Positions 17,183 to 27,127 of a stretch of 64,000 bases of DNA are shown here, piece by piece (position 1 is the first letter of the stretch; each line of letters begins with the position of its first letter). The notes under the pieces were generated by a model. That model ran no database searches, was not told the origin of the DNA, and saw nothing but the letters and a program-made list of their open reading frames with translations. Origin of the DNA: Cyanobacteria bacterium P01_A01_bin.123 (lineage in GTDB: Bacteria; Cyanobacteriota; Cyanobacteriia; Phormidesmidales; Phormidesmidaceae); NCBI GenBank assembly GCA_039815185.1, contig JBCBZT010000025.1:45416-109415 (forward strand), read 5' to 3'. The translations under genes and the position numbers were made by a program.

Positions 17183-18961
17183 CTAGTTGCCCCGAGACTG
17201 AGTGATCCGAACAAAGGATGATCCCACAATGCGGGGTTGGCCCTCAGTTATCTGTACTGTGTAGGTACGCTCTTCCCGTTGCGTACTGCCATCTGGATAA
17301 ACATAAGTGTTTTGACCGATTAACTCTATGGCTTCGTCGGTTTGATTGGTAACCCGTAAATTTTCTACTGTTACCTGCTGGAACTGCCCGAAGAAGTTGG
17401 GGTCAAATTGTTGTGCTAAAGTACCACCCGTCAAAGATCGAGCCGCATCCCAAGTCTGATTTGACACGTGACTATAAAAATTCCCCACCGTTGTTTGGGC
17501 TTCTGCTGGCGTAAGCGCTACCGCTGATTCTGGCGGATCTACAGCAGCTGCATCATCAGTAGGTGGATCTGTCGGCTCAGATTCTGGCGTTGTTTCTGCT
17601 GTTGGGGGAACAACAGGTGCTGGCGTTGGCTCAGGATTTTGCGTCTCCTCTGACGGTGGTGCATTCGGTTCTGTTGGTGTGTCCGGAATGATTGCGTCTA
17701 TATCGGGTTCTGGGGATGAGTCTAAGGACGACGATTCTGGGTTTGGAGTAGCGGTCTCGACCGTGGGGGTAGGCGTGCAGGCCCGCCATGTGAATAAGCC
17801 TAAAACCAGCAGCGTGCCGATGCCAATGCCAATGGGTAGAGCCAGTTTTCGAGGGGGCTGGGGGTGGCTTGAACGGGGTGCTGCATAGGGGCTAGGCGTA
17901 CGCTCGGTTACTGCTGCCTTAGCAGGACGCCGTCCCACAGCGACGGTTCGGACTGCCATAGAGGGCGATGGCTGAGGCGTATTGCCCGCTCCAGCGTGAG
18001 GGGGCAAGGCATTGTTGGGTTGAGGGTAGGCCGTTGATTCGGACTGCCCATAACTTAGGGCAGGGTTAGTGTTTGCAACGGGGGGTGTAGATTGGCTGCG
18101 GTCAGGAAATGCCGATCGGAGGGCTGCTAAAGCCTCTCCTGCAGTGGAATAGCGACTGCGGAAGTCATATCGCACCATGTAGTCTAACAACGCGATTAGG
18201 CTAGGGTGGCTGTGGGGGGCCAGGGTGTGCCAGTCAAGTTCACCCGTTTGAGGATGGGGTTGAATCATGATTGGGTGTTGGCCTGTTAGGGCCTGCACGG
18301 CAATCATGCCAGCAGCATAGACATCGCTACTAAACTGGGGGCGACCCGCGATTTGTTCATTCGGCATGTAACCCCGAGTGCCAATCGAAATGGTTTGACT
18401 GACATTCGAGGATGATACAGAGGTTTGAGTGCTGACCTGTTTCACGGCACCAAAATCAATCAGCACAATTCGATTATCGCGGCTTCTCCGAATCAGATTA
18501 GAGGGTTTCAGGTCGCGATGAATCACACTTTGCTCGTGGACGAAGGCTAAGGTACCCAAGATGTCGTCCAAAAAGGCGACCACCTGACTGTCAGTCCAGG
18601 GGGTTGCCGTCGTGAGTTCGGCATCTAAGGCATGACCCTCAATTAGTTCTTGGGCCAGGTAAAATTCTTGGTTGTCCTCGAAGTGGGCCAGCAGGCGAGG
18701 AATTTGAGGGTGGGAGCCTAGCTGGTAAAGCGTTTGCGCTTCGGTATCAAAGAGGCGTCTGGCCACCTCTAGATCTTTAGCACTGTTGACCTGGGGCTGG
18801 AGCTGTTTGACAACGCATGACGGATGTCCGGGAAGATGAAGATCTTGAGCGACAAAGGTCTGCCCAAAACCGCCAGCGCCAAGTTGCTGAACGATTTGGT
18901 AGCGTCCGCCCAGAGATTTAGCTGACTCCGAGCGAAAATGCCGAAGAAAATTGAGTGCCAT
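17183..18961 (-). CDS. Membrane Ser/Thr protein kinase with Pro-rich linker and C-terminal extracytoplasmic domain
   Basis: GAGGFG, VVK, HRDLKPSN, DFG, GTRGYMPNEQ; TM helix LALPIGIGIGTLLVLGLFTW. Confidence 0.93.
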   Translation of the reverse strand: MALNFLRHFRSESAKSLGGRYQIVQQLGAGGFGQTFVAQDLHLPGHPSCVVKQLQPQVNSAKDLEVARRLFDTEAQTLYQLGSHPQIPRLLAHFEDNQEFYLAQELIEGHALDAELTTATPWTDSQVVAFLDDILGTLAFVHEQSVIHRDLKPSNLIRRSRDNRIVLIDFGAVKQVSTQTSVSSSNVSQTISIGTRGYMPNEQIAGRPQFSSDVYAAGMIAVQALTGQHPIMIQPHPQTGELDWHTLAPHSHPSLIALLDYMVRYDFRSRYSTAGEALAALRSAFPDRSQSTPPVANTNPALSYGQSESTAYPQPNNALPPHAGAGNTPQPSPSMAVRTVAVGRRPAKAAVTERTPSPYAAPRSSHPQPPRKLALPIGIGIGTLLVLGLFTWRACTPTPTVETATPNPESSSLDSSPEPDIDAIIPDTPTEPNAPPSEETQNPEPTPAPVVPPTAETTPESEPTDPPTDDAAAVDPPESAVALTPAEAQTTVGNFYSHVSNQTWDAARSLTGGTLAQQFDPNFFGQFQQVTVENLRVTNQTDEAIELIGQNTYVYPDGSTQREERTYTVQITEGQPRIVGSSFVRITQSRGN

Positions 18962-19095
18962 GGCTGTCCAGGTCAACGACGCTGAGTGAACTTGTCATCC
19001 ATTGAGCAATGTTACTGTATGACACTATGGATCTGGATATGGCCAAGGTGTATTTTGAAAATTGTTAGACTTCGAGTTAGCAAGTCGCCAATGTC

Positions 19096-19377
19096 ATGCA
19101 AGTCAAGGTCATTGAAGAATACAGAACGCCTTATCATGACCCGATCACATTTGCAGCAGGCGAAGCTGTAGACGTTGGTCACCGGGATGATGAGTATCCT
19201 GGCTGGATCTGGGCAAAGACCAAAAGTGGCAATCAGGGTTGGGTATCCGAATCCATTCTGAAAATTGACAGCCTAGGTTCACAAGCGATCGCCCTTGAGG
19301 CCTATTCGGCTAAAGAACTCAATACCTACTCTGGTGAATGGCTGATGGTTCATCGAGCGCTCAATCAGAAGGCATAG
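19096..19377 (+). pseudogene. Tandem-SH3 domain protein, apparently C-terminally truncated
   Basis: The first SH3-like unit is complete (YPGWIWA...GWVSE). The second starts (YSAKEL...GE.L.V) but stops before its GW.W/GWVP half. Confidence 0.55.
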
Positions 19378-19547
19378 CTCTCAACAGGCTTTACGCTTAC
19401 CATATGGTTAGAAATCCAGGTTCAGGTAAGGTTCTAGCAAAAAATGGGTTTACCCAGGAAGGTGTTCTACACCAACGGGTACGAAAGTGGGGAATCTATG
19501 AAGATGTGAAATTATGGGCCATTCTTCGGAAAAACTGGCATGGCTAG
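19371..19547 (+). pseudogene. C-terminal fragment of a RimJ/RimL GNAT acetyltransferase
   Basis: LNRLYAYHMVRNPGSGKVLAKNGFTQEGVLHQRVRKWGIYEDVKLWAILR is a typical GNAT C-terminus with no N-terminal part. Confidence 0.7.
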
Positions 19548-19637
19548 TTGCGTAGTACTGATTATGTTGGGTGCAATATGATACGTCCCGCTAAGCTCCG
19601 GGAAAAATGATGGCAAATAGACATTTACAGATGTGCA

Positions 19638-20246
19638 ATGAACCCGCAACAAACTGCGCTGATCTTGATCGGTTATCAAAACGACTACTTTTCATCTGAT
19701 GGCATCCTGCATACCGTCATTGAAGAGTCCTCTAAAGTTACCAATATTTTGACCAACACCGTTCGCCTGCTAGAAGCCTTAGCTAGCACCCCGGTTTTGA
19801 CGATTTCAACGCCTATTTTCTTTACCCCCGCCTACGAAGAACTCTCAGATCCGGTTGGTATCCTCAAAACCATCAAGGATGTTGGGGCGTTTCAAGCCAA
19901 TAAATCCGGATCTGCTGCCATTCAAGAACTCCAGCCTTTTCAATCGAAGATCGTTGAAGTTCCTGGCAAACGTGGACTCAATGCCTTTGTGAACACTCCC
20001 TTGGCCGGTCTGCTCAAGCAGAACCAGATTACTGACGTGGTGTTGGCGGGTGCGGTCACCTCCATTTGCATCGATTCCACGGGTCGCTCAGCCCACGAGC
20101 AAGGCTTTAACGTTGCCATCTTGTCAGACTGCACCTCTGCGCGGACGACCTTCGAACAAAATTTCTACTGCGAGAGCATTTTTCCGCTCTATGCCAATGT
20201 GATGACCCATGAGGAGTTATTGCAGCAGTTTGCCGTAGCCCCATGA
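19638..20246 (+). CDS. Isochorismatase/cysteine hydrolase family protein (catalytic Asp position is Gly)
   Basis: TALILIGYQNDY, GKRGLNAF, LAGAVTSICIDST.R.A...GF..AILSDCT. Confidence 0.88.
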   Translation: MNPQQTALILIGYQNDYFSSDGILHTVIEESSKVTNILTNTVRLLEALASTPVLTISTPIFFTPAYEELSDPVGILKTIKDVGAFQANKSGSAAIQELQPFQSKIVEVPGKRGLNAFVNTPLAGLLKQNQITDVVLAGAVTSICIDSTGRSAHEQGFNVAILSDCTSARTTFEQNFYCESIFPLYANVMTHEELLQQFAVAP

Positions 20247-21658
20247 TTGGAGAATCAGGTGTTGTGTCAAATGATGAACTCCACACCCAAATTCAATATC
20301 GCCTGATTGAAAGACTTTCCGAATCGGAACGTCGCTATCGGGAACTGGTTGAAAACCTCTCCGAAATTGTCTTTCGCTGTGATAGCAACGGTCAGCTTGT
20401 TTTCTTAAATCGGTCTTGGACAGAGACTTTAGGGTACGGTGAAGCAGATTCTTTAGGGCGATCGCTAACGGATTTTTTAGCGATCAACCAGCCAGAGCAT
20501 CATCAACAGCTTGAAAACTGGCAACAGCAGAGGCTGACTGTCACTGCTGAGGAACTACCCTTTTGCCATCAGTCAGGGAAAATTTTGTGGCTAGAACTCT
20601 CAGCTCGTGCGGATAAAAGCGGCGGATATGCAGGATCCCTGGTGAATATTACCGAGCGCAAACAGGCTGAAATTGCACTCTCAGAGCTCAACGAAACCCT
20701 TGAACATCGAATCAATCAGCGCACCCATCAACTCCAACAAGCCAATCAACAACTCCAAACCTCAGAGAAGCAGCTGAGAGCTCAGGCAGCGGAGCTGGAT
20801 CAGACCCTCCAGCATCTAAAGGAAACCCAATCTCAACTGGTTCAAACCGAAAAGATGTCGAGTTTGGGGCAGCTAGTTGCCGGAATTGCCCATGAAATCA
20901 ATAATCCCGTCAACTTTATTGAAGGCAATCTGATTCATGCCCATAGCTATACTCAGACCCTCTTAAAGATTTTGTCGCTTTATCAAACCCAATATCCCAC
21001 TCCCCATCCCCAAATTCAGGCTGAAATTGAGGGGGATGAGCTTGAATTTTTGGCCGATGACTTCCCCAAATTGCTAGCCTCTATGCAGACTGGGGCAGCG
21101 CGTATTAGCCAAATTGTCACCTCTTTGCGCAACTTTTCGCGCCTAGACGAAACGGGCATTAAACGGGTTGATATTCACCAGGGTATTGAAAATACATTGC
21201 TCATCTTGGCCCATCGTTTGCGGTCAACTCCTCTCCGCCCTGCCATTGAAGTCATCAAGGACTACAGCACGCTACCCCTCATTGAATGCTTTGCTGGACG
21301 ACTCAACCAAGTATTTATGAATCTGCTCAGCAATGCCATCGATGCACTAGATTACCCACCCGTCTCTGCGACTGAGTGGCAACCCACGCTCCGCATCCAC
21401 ACGGCAAACGCTGAGAACAACCAGATCAAAATTGCGATCGCAGACAATGGCATTGGGATGACAGATAGTGTGAGGCAGCGGATCTTCGAGCCTTTTTTCA
21501 CGACTAAACCCATCGGCCGGGGGACGGGCTTGGGGCTATCCATGAGCTACCAAATTATTGTTGAGCAGCACCAGGGCTCGCTAACCTGCCGATCGACCCC
21601 TAATCAAAGCAGCGAATTTTGCATCGTACTGCCCATCATGCACCCAGTTTGGGGATAA
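20243..21658 (+). CDS. PAS-domain sensor histidine kinase (NtrB/C4-type H-box)
   Basis: PAS domain, coiled coil, EKMSSLGQLVAGIAHEINNP, NAIDA, DNGIG, FFTTKPIGRGTGLGL; ATGA overlap with the upstream gene. Confidence 0.93.
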   Translation: MIGESGVVSNDELHTQIQYRLIERLSESERRYRELVENLSEIVFRCDSNGQLVFLNRSWTETLGYGEADSLGRSLTDFLAINQPEHHQQLENWQQQRLTVTAEELPFCHQSGKILWLELSARADKSGGYAGSLVNITERKQAEIALSELNETLEHRINQRTHQLQQANQQLQTSEKQLRAQAAELDQTLQHLKETQSQLVQTEKMSSLGQLVAGIAHEINNPVNFIEGNLIHAHSYTQTLLKILSLYQTQYPTPHPQIQAEIEGDELEFLADDFPKLLASMQTGAARISQIVTSLRNFSRLDETGIKRVDIHQGIENTLLILAHRLRSTPLRPAIEVIKDYSTLPLIECFAGRLNQVFMNLLSNAIDALDYPPVSATEWQPTLRIHTANAENNQIKIAIADNGIGMTDSVRQRIFEPFFTTKPIGRGTGLGLSMSYQIIVEQHQGSLTCRSTPNQSSEFCIVLPIMHPVWG

Positions 21659-21693
21659 CTAGTGCGAAGTTTCAGGGCCACAGAGCGAGTCAT

Positions 21694-22641
21694 TTACAGA
21701 TCTGCGAAGCGATCTGTAGCATGAATCAATGCGTCTGTAATACCAGCTTCTGTGACAGAGTGGCCGGCATCTGGAATGACGATAAACTCCGCTTCTGGCC
21801 AAGCGCAGTGCAGTTCCCAAGCAGAAACCATAGGGCACACCACATCGTATCGACCTTGGACAATCACGGCTGGAATCTGACGAATTCGATCAACGTTGCG
21901 TAATAGCTGATCAGGTGGGTCGAAAAAGCCCCCGTTAACAAAATAGTGGCATTCAATTCGGGCAAAGGCGGCGGCAAACTCAGCATCGCCGAATTTGTCC
22001 ATCAATGTCGGATCTTGAATCAGCTTGCTGGTACTGGCTTCCCAAATCGACCAGGCTTTAGCAGCCGAGGTTCGCACGCCAGCATCTGGACTGGTTAACC
22101 GTCGGTAATAGGCATTGACCAAGTCATCTTGTTCTTCTGGGGGAATTGGGGCAAGGTAAGCTTGCCAAGCATCGGGAAAGATGAAGCTGGTGCCTTGCTG
22201 ATAAAACCAGTGAATTTCTTGGGGTCGCAACATGAAAATGCCCCGCAAAATTAACGCGCTGCAACGCTGGGGATGGGTCTGGCTGTAGGCCAGGGCCAGG
22301 GTGCTGCCCCAACTGCCTCCAAACACGGCCCATTGATTAATGCCCAAATGCGATCGCAGTTTTTCGATATCTTCTACCAAATCCCAAGTGGTATTGCCCT
22401 CTAGCTCAGCATGGGGTGTGCTTTTGCCACATCCCCGCTGATCAAACAGCACAATCCGCCAGCGTTCGGGGTCAAAAAACTGCCGATAGAGGGGCATTGT
22501 GCCTCCGCCTGGGCCACCGTGTAAAAAGACGACAGGCTTGCCACCAGGATTACCAGACTCTTCAAAATACAGCGTGTGCAGCTCTGAAACTTGCAGCTTG
22601 CCCTGACGGTAAGGTTGAATTGGCGGATAGAGTTCTCGCAT
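21694..22641 (-). CDS. pip: Proline iminopeptidase (prolyl aminopeptidase)
   Basis: LHGGPGGG, FDQRGCGKS, FGGSWGSTL, ARIECHYF, GRYD, AGHS. Confidence 0.95.
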   Translation of the reverse strand: MRELYPPIQPYRQGKLQVSELHTLYFEESGNPGGKPVVFLHGGPGGGTMPLYRQFFDPERWRIVLFDQRGCGKSTPHAELEGNTTWDLVEDIEKLRSHLGINQWAVFGGSWGSTLALAYSQTHPQRCSALILRGIFMLRPQEIHWFYQQGTSFIFPDAWQAYLAPIPPEEQDDLVNAYYRRLTSPDAGVRTSAAKAWSIWEASTSKLIQDPTLMDKFGDAEFAAAFARIECHYFVNGGFFDPPDQLLRNVDRIRQIPAVIVQGRYDVVCPMVSAWELHCAWPEAEFIVIPDAGHSVTEAGITDALIHATDRFADL

Positions 22642-22726
22642 TACTCCTTTGGTACCCTCGCTCAAACATCGCCATTGTGGCAGGTTTGAAAAGATGGGTA
22701 AATAGCGCGATCGCGTTATTTAATCC

Positions 22727-23359
22727 TCAAAAACAACTGGGATCACTGAGCAAAGCGGTCGCCACATAGCCGATTTGACCACTGGCAAGTTCTACCTGGG
22801 TCCAATTGCCTGCCTCACCCATAAAGCGAACTTCGGTACCGTTAGCCAGCGGCTCAAGCACCGGGCCATTGGGTGACTGGCGTAGGTTGGCGTAGGTGTC
22901 CTGGGGATCTTCAACCTGGTAGTAAGTCCGGCGGATGAGATCTTGCCAGATATATCCCCACCGATCTTGATCGACAACATAGACATAGTTCCAACCCGGC
23001 TCGATGAAGGCCGGCCCTTCCGCATTCAAGGGGGTGAGGTTTGGCAAACTGGTGAGCACGCTGCCATCAGGCTGGTCGCGCAGATTGACTGACGTGTCAT
23101 CCGGGTCATAGGCCAGCATAACCAAGCATTTATCACCCGCATTTTCAGCTGGATCCCATCCAGCTTGCTTGGGAGCAACCGAGGGGGACTGGTTTGGTGT
23201 AGGTGTAGCCTGTGTTTCGGCTGAAAGCGGTGAGACGGACGCAGTTGTTGGCGCGGAAGATGGGCTAATGTCGGGAGCACTCGTGCCTGTCTCATCTGCC
23301 GGTTGACAGGCGATTAGACTCAGCAGTAGCAGAGACAGGCAGGTTGTCTTGAAGCGCAT
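22727..23359 (-). CDS. Lipoprotein with two bacterial SH3-like domains
   Basis: Lipobox LIAC; two NLR..P.G units, the second ending W..V....GQIGYV. Confidence 0.8.
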   Translation of the reverse strand: MRFKTTCLSLLLLSLIACQPADETGTSAPDISPSSAPTTASVSPLSAETQATPTPNQSPSVAPKQAGWDPAENAGDKCLVMLAYDPDDTSVNLRDQPDGSVLTSLPNLTPLNAEGPAFIEPGWNYVYVVDQDRWGYIWQDLIRRTYYQVEDPQDTYANLRQSPNGPVLEPLANGTEVRFMGEAGNWTQVELASGQIGYVATALLSDPSCF

Positions 23360-23470
23360 ACCTAGACCTCCAATTAAGTCTCAAACTGCCAATAACTTCA
23401 TCAGCACTGGTGCGAATTCCAAACTGTAGATGAACTAACATCATAAAAACGCTGTCACGTCTTACCGTTT

Positions 23471-24802
23471 ATGGTTGCTGCCACTGCCAAACGCCCTGAG
23501 AAAGGCCACATGCGCGAGATGCGTCAAGACATGATTGGCTACCTCACGAATTTATCCCAACAGGGCGATTTTCTCAAAGTCCCGCTGGGACTAGGGACGG
23601 CCTACTACCTCAACCACCCAGACGACATCCGCGAGATCTTGGTACACCAGGCCGAGTTTTTCCATAAGCCCGCAACCCTCAAATATGCTGCCAAGGGTCT
23701 ATTCGGCGAAAATCTCTTCACCACTGACGGCAGATTATGGGAGGTGCTGAGACAAACGCTACAGCCAGCCTTTCAGTCGAAACAAATTAAAGCCCACGCG
23801 CAGATCATGGTTGATGCCACTGCCGACATGATGAACCAGTGGCAACCGGGGCAAACCCTCGAAGTCTGCAAAGCGATGATGGATTTGACCATGGGGATCA
23901 CCAGCCAAGCTTTTTTCGGGGTGGACCTGCGCGATCAGCCCACAGCTCAAAACATTGTCCGGTTCATCGAGCTATTCAACCAGCGGATTTCGGGACTGCC
24001 TGTCCCGAACTGGGTGCCCCTGCCCAGCACCTTAGAGATGAAGCGGATGCTGGCTGAATCTGATCAATTCTTCACGCCTCTGATTGCCGAACGTCGAACC
24101 GCTACCGAAACGCACACGGATATTCTGGCTATGCTGGTGAACGCCCAAGCAGCGGATGACACTGGGTTGATTACTGAACATCAGGTGCGCAACGAAGTCA
24201 CGAACCTATTTGCTGCCGGTTACGAAGTGACTGCCAACTCCTTAGCCTTTGCCCTCTATCTGATTCATAAGCATCCTGCTGTGGAGACCCGGCTGCGGTC
24301 AGAGATTGATCGGGTGCTGGGTGATCGCTTGGTTACAGTTGAAGATCTGGCTCAGATGCCGTATCTAGAATGCGTGCTTAAAGAATCAATGCGGTTATTG
24401 CCAGTGACGACCGTCTTCACGCGGCAAAGTACTCAAACGGTAGCCTGGGCAGACCGTTTAATTCCTAAAAATGCGGTAGTTCTCATATCGCCCTGGACGC
24501 TTCACCGTCGCACCGATATCTTTCCAGAGCCGCTCACGTTCAATCCCGATCGATTTGCAGTCAATGCCCACAATCCTATTCCCAAATTTGCCTACCTGCC
24601 CTTTTCTGGCGGGCCTCGCATCTGCTTGGGGCAGGCTTTTGCCATGACCCAAATGCGCATTAACCTGGCGATCATACTGCAACGCTACTGCTTAACCACT
24701 GCGCCAGCCTATGAGCTAAAGCCCTACTTCAGCTTTAATACACGTCCACAAGATGGGCTGCCAATGCAGCTAACGGCAGTTGAGAGTGGCAAAAACACTT
24801 GA
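23471..24802 (+). CDS. Cytochrome P450
   Basis: ExxR (ESMR), FNPDRF, heme motif FSGGPRICLG; I-helix AAGYEVT. Confidence 0.95.
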   Translation: MVAATAKRPEKGHMREMRQDMIGYLTNLSQQGDFLKVPLGLGTAYYLNHPDDIREILVHQAEFFHKPATLKYAAKGLFGENLFTTDGRLWEVLRQTLQPAFQSKQIKAHAQIMVDATADMMNQWQPGQTLEVCKAMMDLTMGITSQAFFGVDLRDQPTAQNIVRFIELFNQRISGLPVPNWVPLPSTLEMKRMLAESDQFFTPLIAERRTATETHTDILAMLVNAQAADDTGLITEHQVRNEVTNLFAAGYEVTANSLAFALYLIHKHPAVETRLRSEIDRVLGDRLVTVEDLAQMPYLECVLKESMRLLPVTTVFTRQSTQTVAWADRLIPKNAVVLISPWTLHRRTDIFPEPLTFNPDRFAVNAHNPIPKFAYLPFSGGPRICLGQAFAMTQMRINLAIILQRYCLTTAPAYELKPYFSFNTRPQDGLPMQLTAVESGKNT

Positions 24803-24809
24803 TCTCAGG

Positions 24810-25424
24810 CTAGTTAGCGCTATTGACGGTTAACTCAGGATACTCATCATCCATAGAGGTGCGGAAAAAGAACTGACAGCCACCGGGCGTATGGGGTGCA
24901 TGGCTAGAACCGGGCGAAGAGTGCAGGTAATCCCCTGCGCAAATTACCTCATCTCCTACCACCAATTCCCCTTCCATCATGAAAATTTCTTCGGTTGCAG
25001 CATGGCGATGGAAGGGATAGCGGGTTCCGGGTGCAGCCTTAAGAAATCCAGCGATTTCTCGTTTGACCTCATCAGTGTGCACAATGGCGATCAGAATTCC
25101 AGGTATGTCGTTGGGTTGCCAGTCTAAATCCTGCGATCGCACCACATGAGCATTTGGCACTGCTTTCGAAGCAGGTGCAACTACTGGAGCCTCTAGTCCT
25201 AATCGATCAAACAGCCGATCTTTGAGATCGGCTGCTATCGGCAATGGGGGTTGACTGTAGGGCAATGCTGTTGCCGCAGATTGATAGGTTGCTAATTCCT
25301 CTGCTAAATCTGGGCAATCTGCAACTTGCTGCTCAACCCAAGCTTTTTCCTGATCACTGAGCAGGTCAAGGGCATAGAGTGGAGCCAGTTCACAAAAACA
25401 GCGGGTTTCAGTATCCATATCCAA
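24810..25424 (-). CDS. ChrR-like anti-sigma factor/cupin protein
   Basis: N-terminal ELAPLYALD.L...E...VE...ADCP; cupin HRH...EEIFMMEG and SHAPHTPGGC. Confidence 0.85.
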   Translation of the reverse strand: MDMDTETRCFCELAPLYALDLLSDQEKAWVEQQVADCPDLAEELATYQSAATALPYSQPPLPIAADLKDRLFDRLGLEAPVVAPASKAVPNAHVVRSQDLDWQPNDIPGILIAIVHTDEVKREIAGFLKAAPGTRYPFHRHAATEEIFMMEGELVVGDEVICAGDYLHSSPGSSHAPHTPGGCQFFFRTSMDDEYPELTVNSAN

Positions 25425-25788
25425 TCAACTCACGTTCCAGGCTGTGGAACGGCTGTCAGCTATCCTATCCGGTAGCGTTAACCTCTAATGGCTCAATCGT
25501 AACCGAATCAGCGGTCTACTGGCTGGTGTTTTCCAGGCTGGGCAAGTCTTGCCCTGGACATCGCCTGATCGCCTCTACATAACAATTCAGGTGCTTGTCT
25601 TGCCACTATGCGTTCCTTATTGTGCTTCCTGCTCAAATAGGTATACGACATCAACAAGAATTTGGATCTCTGTAGCCGTGTAATGCCACCATTTCGCATT
25701 TTGATAGCGGCAATTGGCGAGACTGAAAGCCTATTAGGATAAGACGTCTACAGTCCAAAATCGTAAATCTAAAATCGGTAGCTCAACT

Positions 25789-27051
25789 TTAGGTGGCCAA
25801 TGGAAAACGCTGAAAGACTATTGTTGTGTTGTGTCCGCCAAAGCCAAAGCCATTCGATAAGGCAACTTTGACTTCATGGGTCTGAGGTTTGCCAACCGTG
25901 TAGTCAAGGTCACAAGCCTCATCCAGGGATTCCACATTGATCGTGGGCGGAATTTCATTGTATTGAATGGCAAGCACGGTCGCGATCGCCTCAATTGCAC
26001 CCGCTGCTCCGAGTAAATGCCCGGTCATACTTTTGGTTGCAGACAATTTCATCTGGTGAGCATGGGAGCCAAACACCTGCTTGATGGCATTGGATTCTGC
26101 GATATCTCCCAAAGGGGTCGATGTCGCGTGTAGATTGATATAGTCCACCGCTTGGGGAGTCAGACCTGTATCCTCAAGTGCCCGTCGCATAGCCAGCACC
26201 ACACCTGAGCCAGAAGGGTCAGGGGCAGCATAGTGATAGGCATCAGAGGATGACCCAAACCCTAAAACCTCGGCATAAATCTTTGCGCCTCTAGCCTGGG
26301 CGTGGCTCAACGTTTCTAGCAGGATTGCCCCTGCCCCCTCGCCTACGACAAAGCCATCCCGGTTCGTATCAAAGGGACGACTCGCCGTTTGTGGATCGTC
26401 ATTGCGAGTTGAGAGCGCTCGCATGGCGGCGAATCCCCCTACGCCTAAGGGCGTAATCGAGGCTTCACTACCGCCGCACACCATAGCATCGGCATAGCCC
26501 TGGCGCATTAGCAAGATGGCATCTCGAAAGGCATCATTGCTTGTGGTGCAGGCGGAGACAACCCCATGATTGGGGCCTCGTAGGCCATGCTGCATCGCAA
26601 TCATGCCAGCTGCCATGTTGCCAATCATCATCGGAATCATAAAGGGTGACAACGAATTTGGCCCCTTCTCGGCTAAGACCTTGGCTTGTGTTTCTAACAC
26701 TTGTAGGCCGCCAATACCGGAGCCGAAGACGACGCCGATGCGATCGCGCGCTTCCTGCTCAAGTTCAGTTGGATTCAGTTGGGCATCGGCGATCGCCTGT
26801 TGAGCCGCTACCAATGCATACTGACAAAATGAATCAAGCCGTGTCGCCTGCTTACGCTCCAGGTAGTCTGTAGGGTTAAAGTCTTTTAGTTCGCAGGCAA
26901 AGCGCGTCTTGAAGGGGCTGGCATCAAAATGGGTAATGGGGGCAGCACCGCTTTCTCCCTGCATCATGCTCTTCCAGAAGGCATCGATGGAGAGACCAAT
27001 GGGGGTCACGGCTCCCATGCCGGTAACGACAATTCTCGCCTGGGCGTTCAT
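25789..27051 (-). CDS. fabF: Beta-ketoacyl-ACP synthase II
   Basis: RIVVTGMGAVTPIG, SAC (Cys), HATST, GHLLGAAG, NGFGFGGHN. Confidence 0.92.
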   Translation of the reverse strand: MNAQARIVVTGMGAVTPIGLSIDAFWKSMMQGESGAAPITHFDASPFKTRFACELKDFNPTDYLERKQATRLDSFCQYALVAAQQAIADAQLNPTELEQEARDRIGVVFGSGIGGLQVLETQAKVLAEKGPNSLSPFMIPMMIGNMAAGMIAMQHGLRGPNHGVVSACTTSNDAFRDAILLMRQGYADAMVCGGSEASITPLGVGGFAAMRALSTRNDDPQTASRPFDTNRDGFVVGEGAGAILLETLSHAQARGAKIYAEVLGFGSSSDAYHYAAPDPSGSGVVLAMRRALEDTGLTPQAVDYINLHATSTPLGDIAESNAIKQVFGSHAHQMKLSATKSMTGHLLGAAGAIEAIATVLAIQYNEIPPTINVESLDEACDLDYTVGKPQTHEVKVALSNGFGFGGHNTTIVFQRFPLAT

Positions 27052-27090
27052 AGGGCAACACTAAAGACTTCACTAAGTTCACTGTAGTAT

Positions 27091-27110
27091 AGTACCGACC
27101 GATCGGTATT
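27091..27110. promoter_or_regulatory. Putative TetR operator palindrome AGTACCGACCGATCGGTATT
   Basis: TACCGA-N4-TCGGTA inverted repeat in the 76-bp spacer between divergent fabF and TetR genes. Confidence 0.7.
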
Positions 27111-27127
27111 TTTTGCTCTGGTGACTT

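Noticed and set aside
25508..25699. Short ORF as the missing ECF sigma factor
   Set aside because: No region 2 or region 4 similarity is visible.
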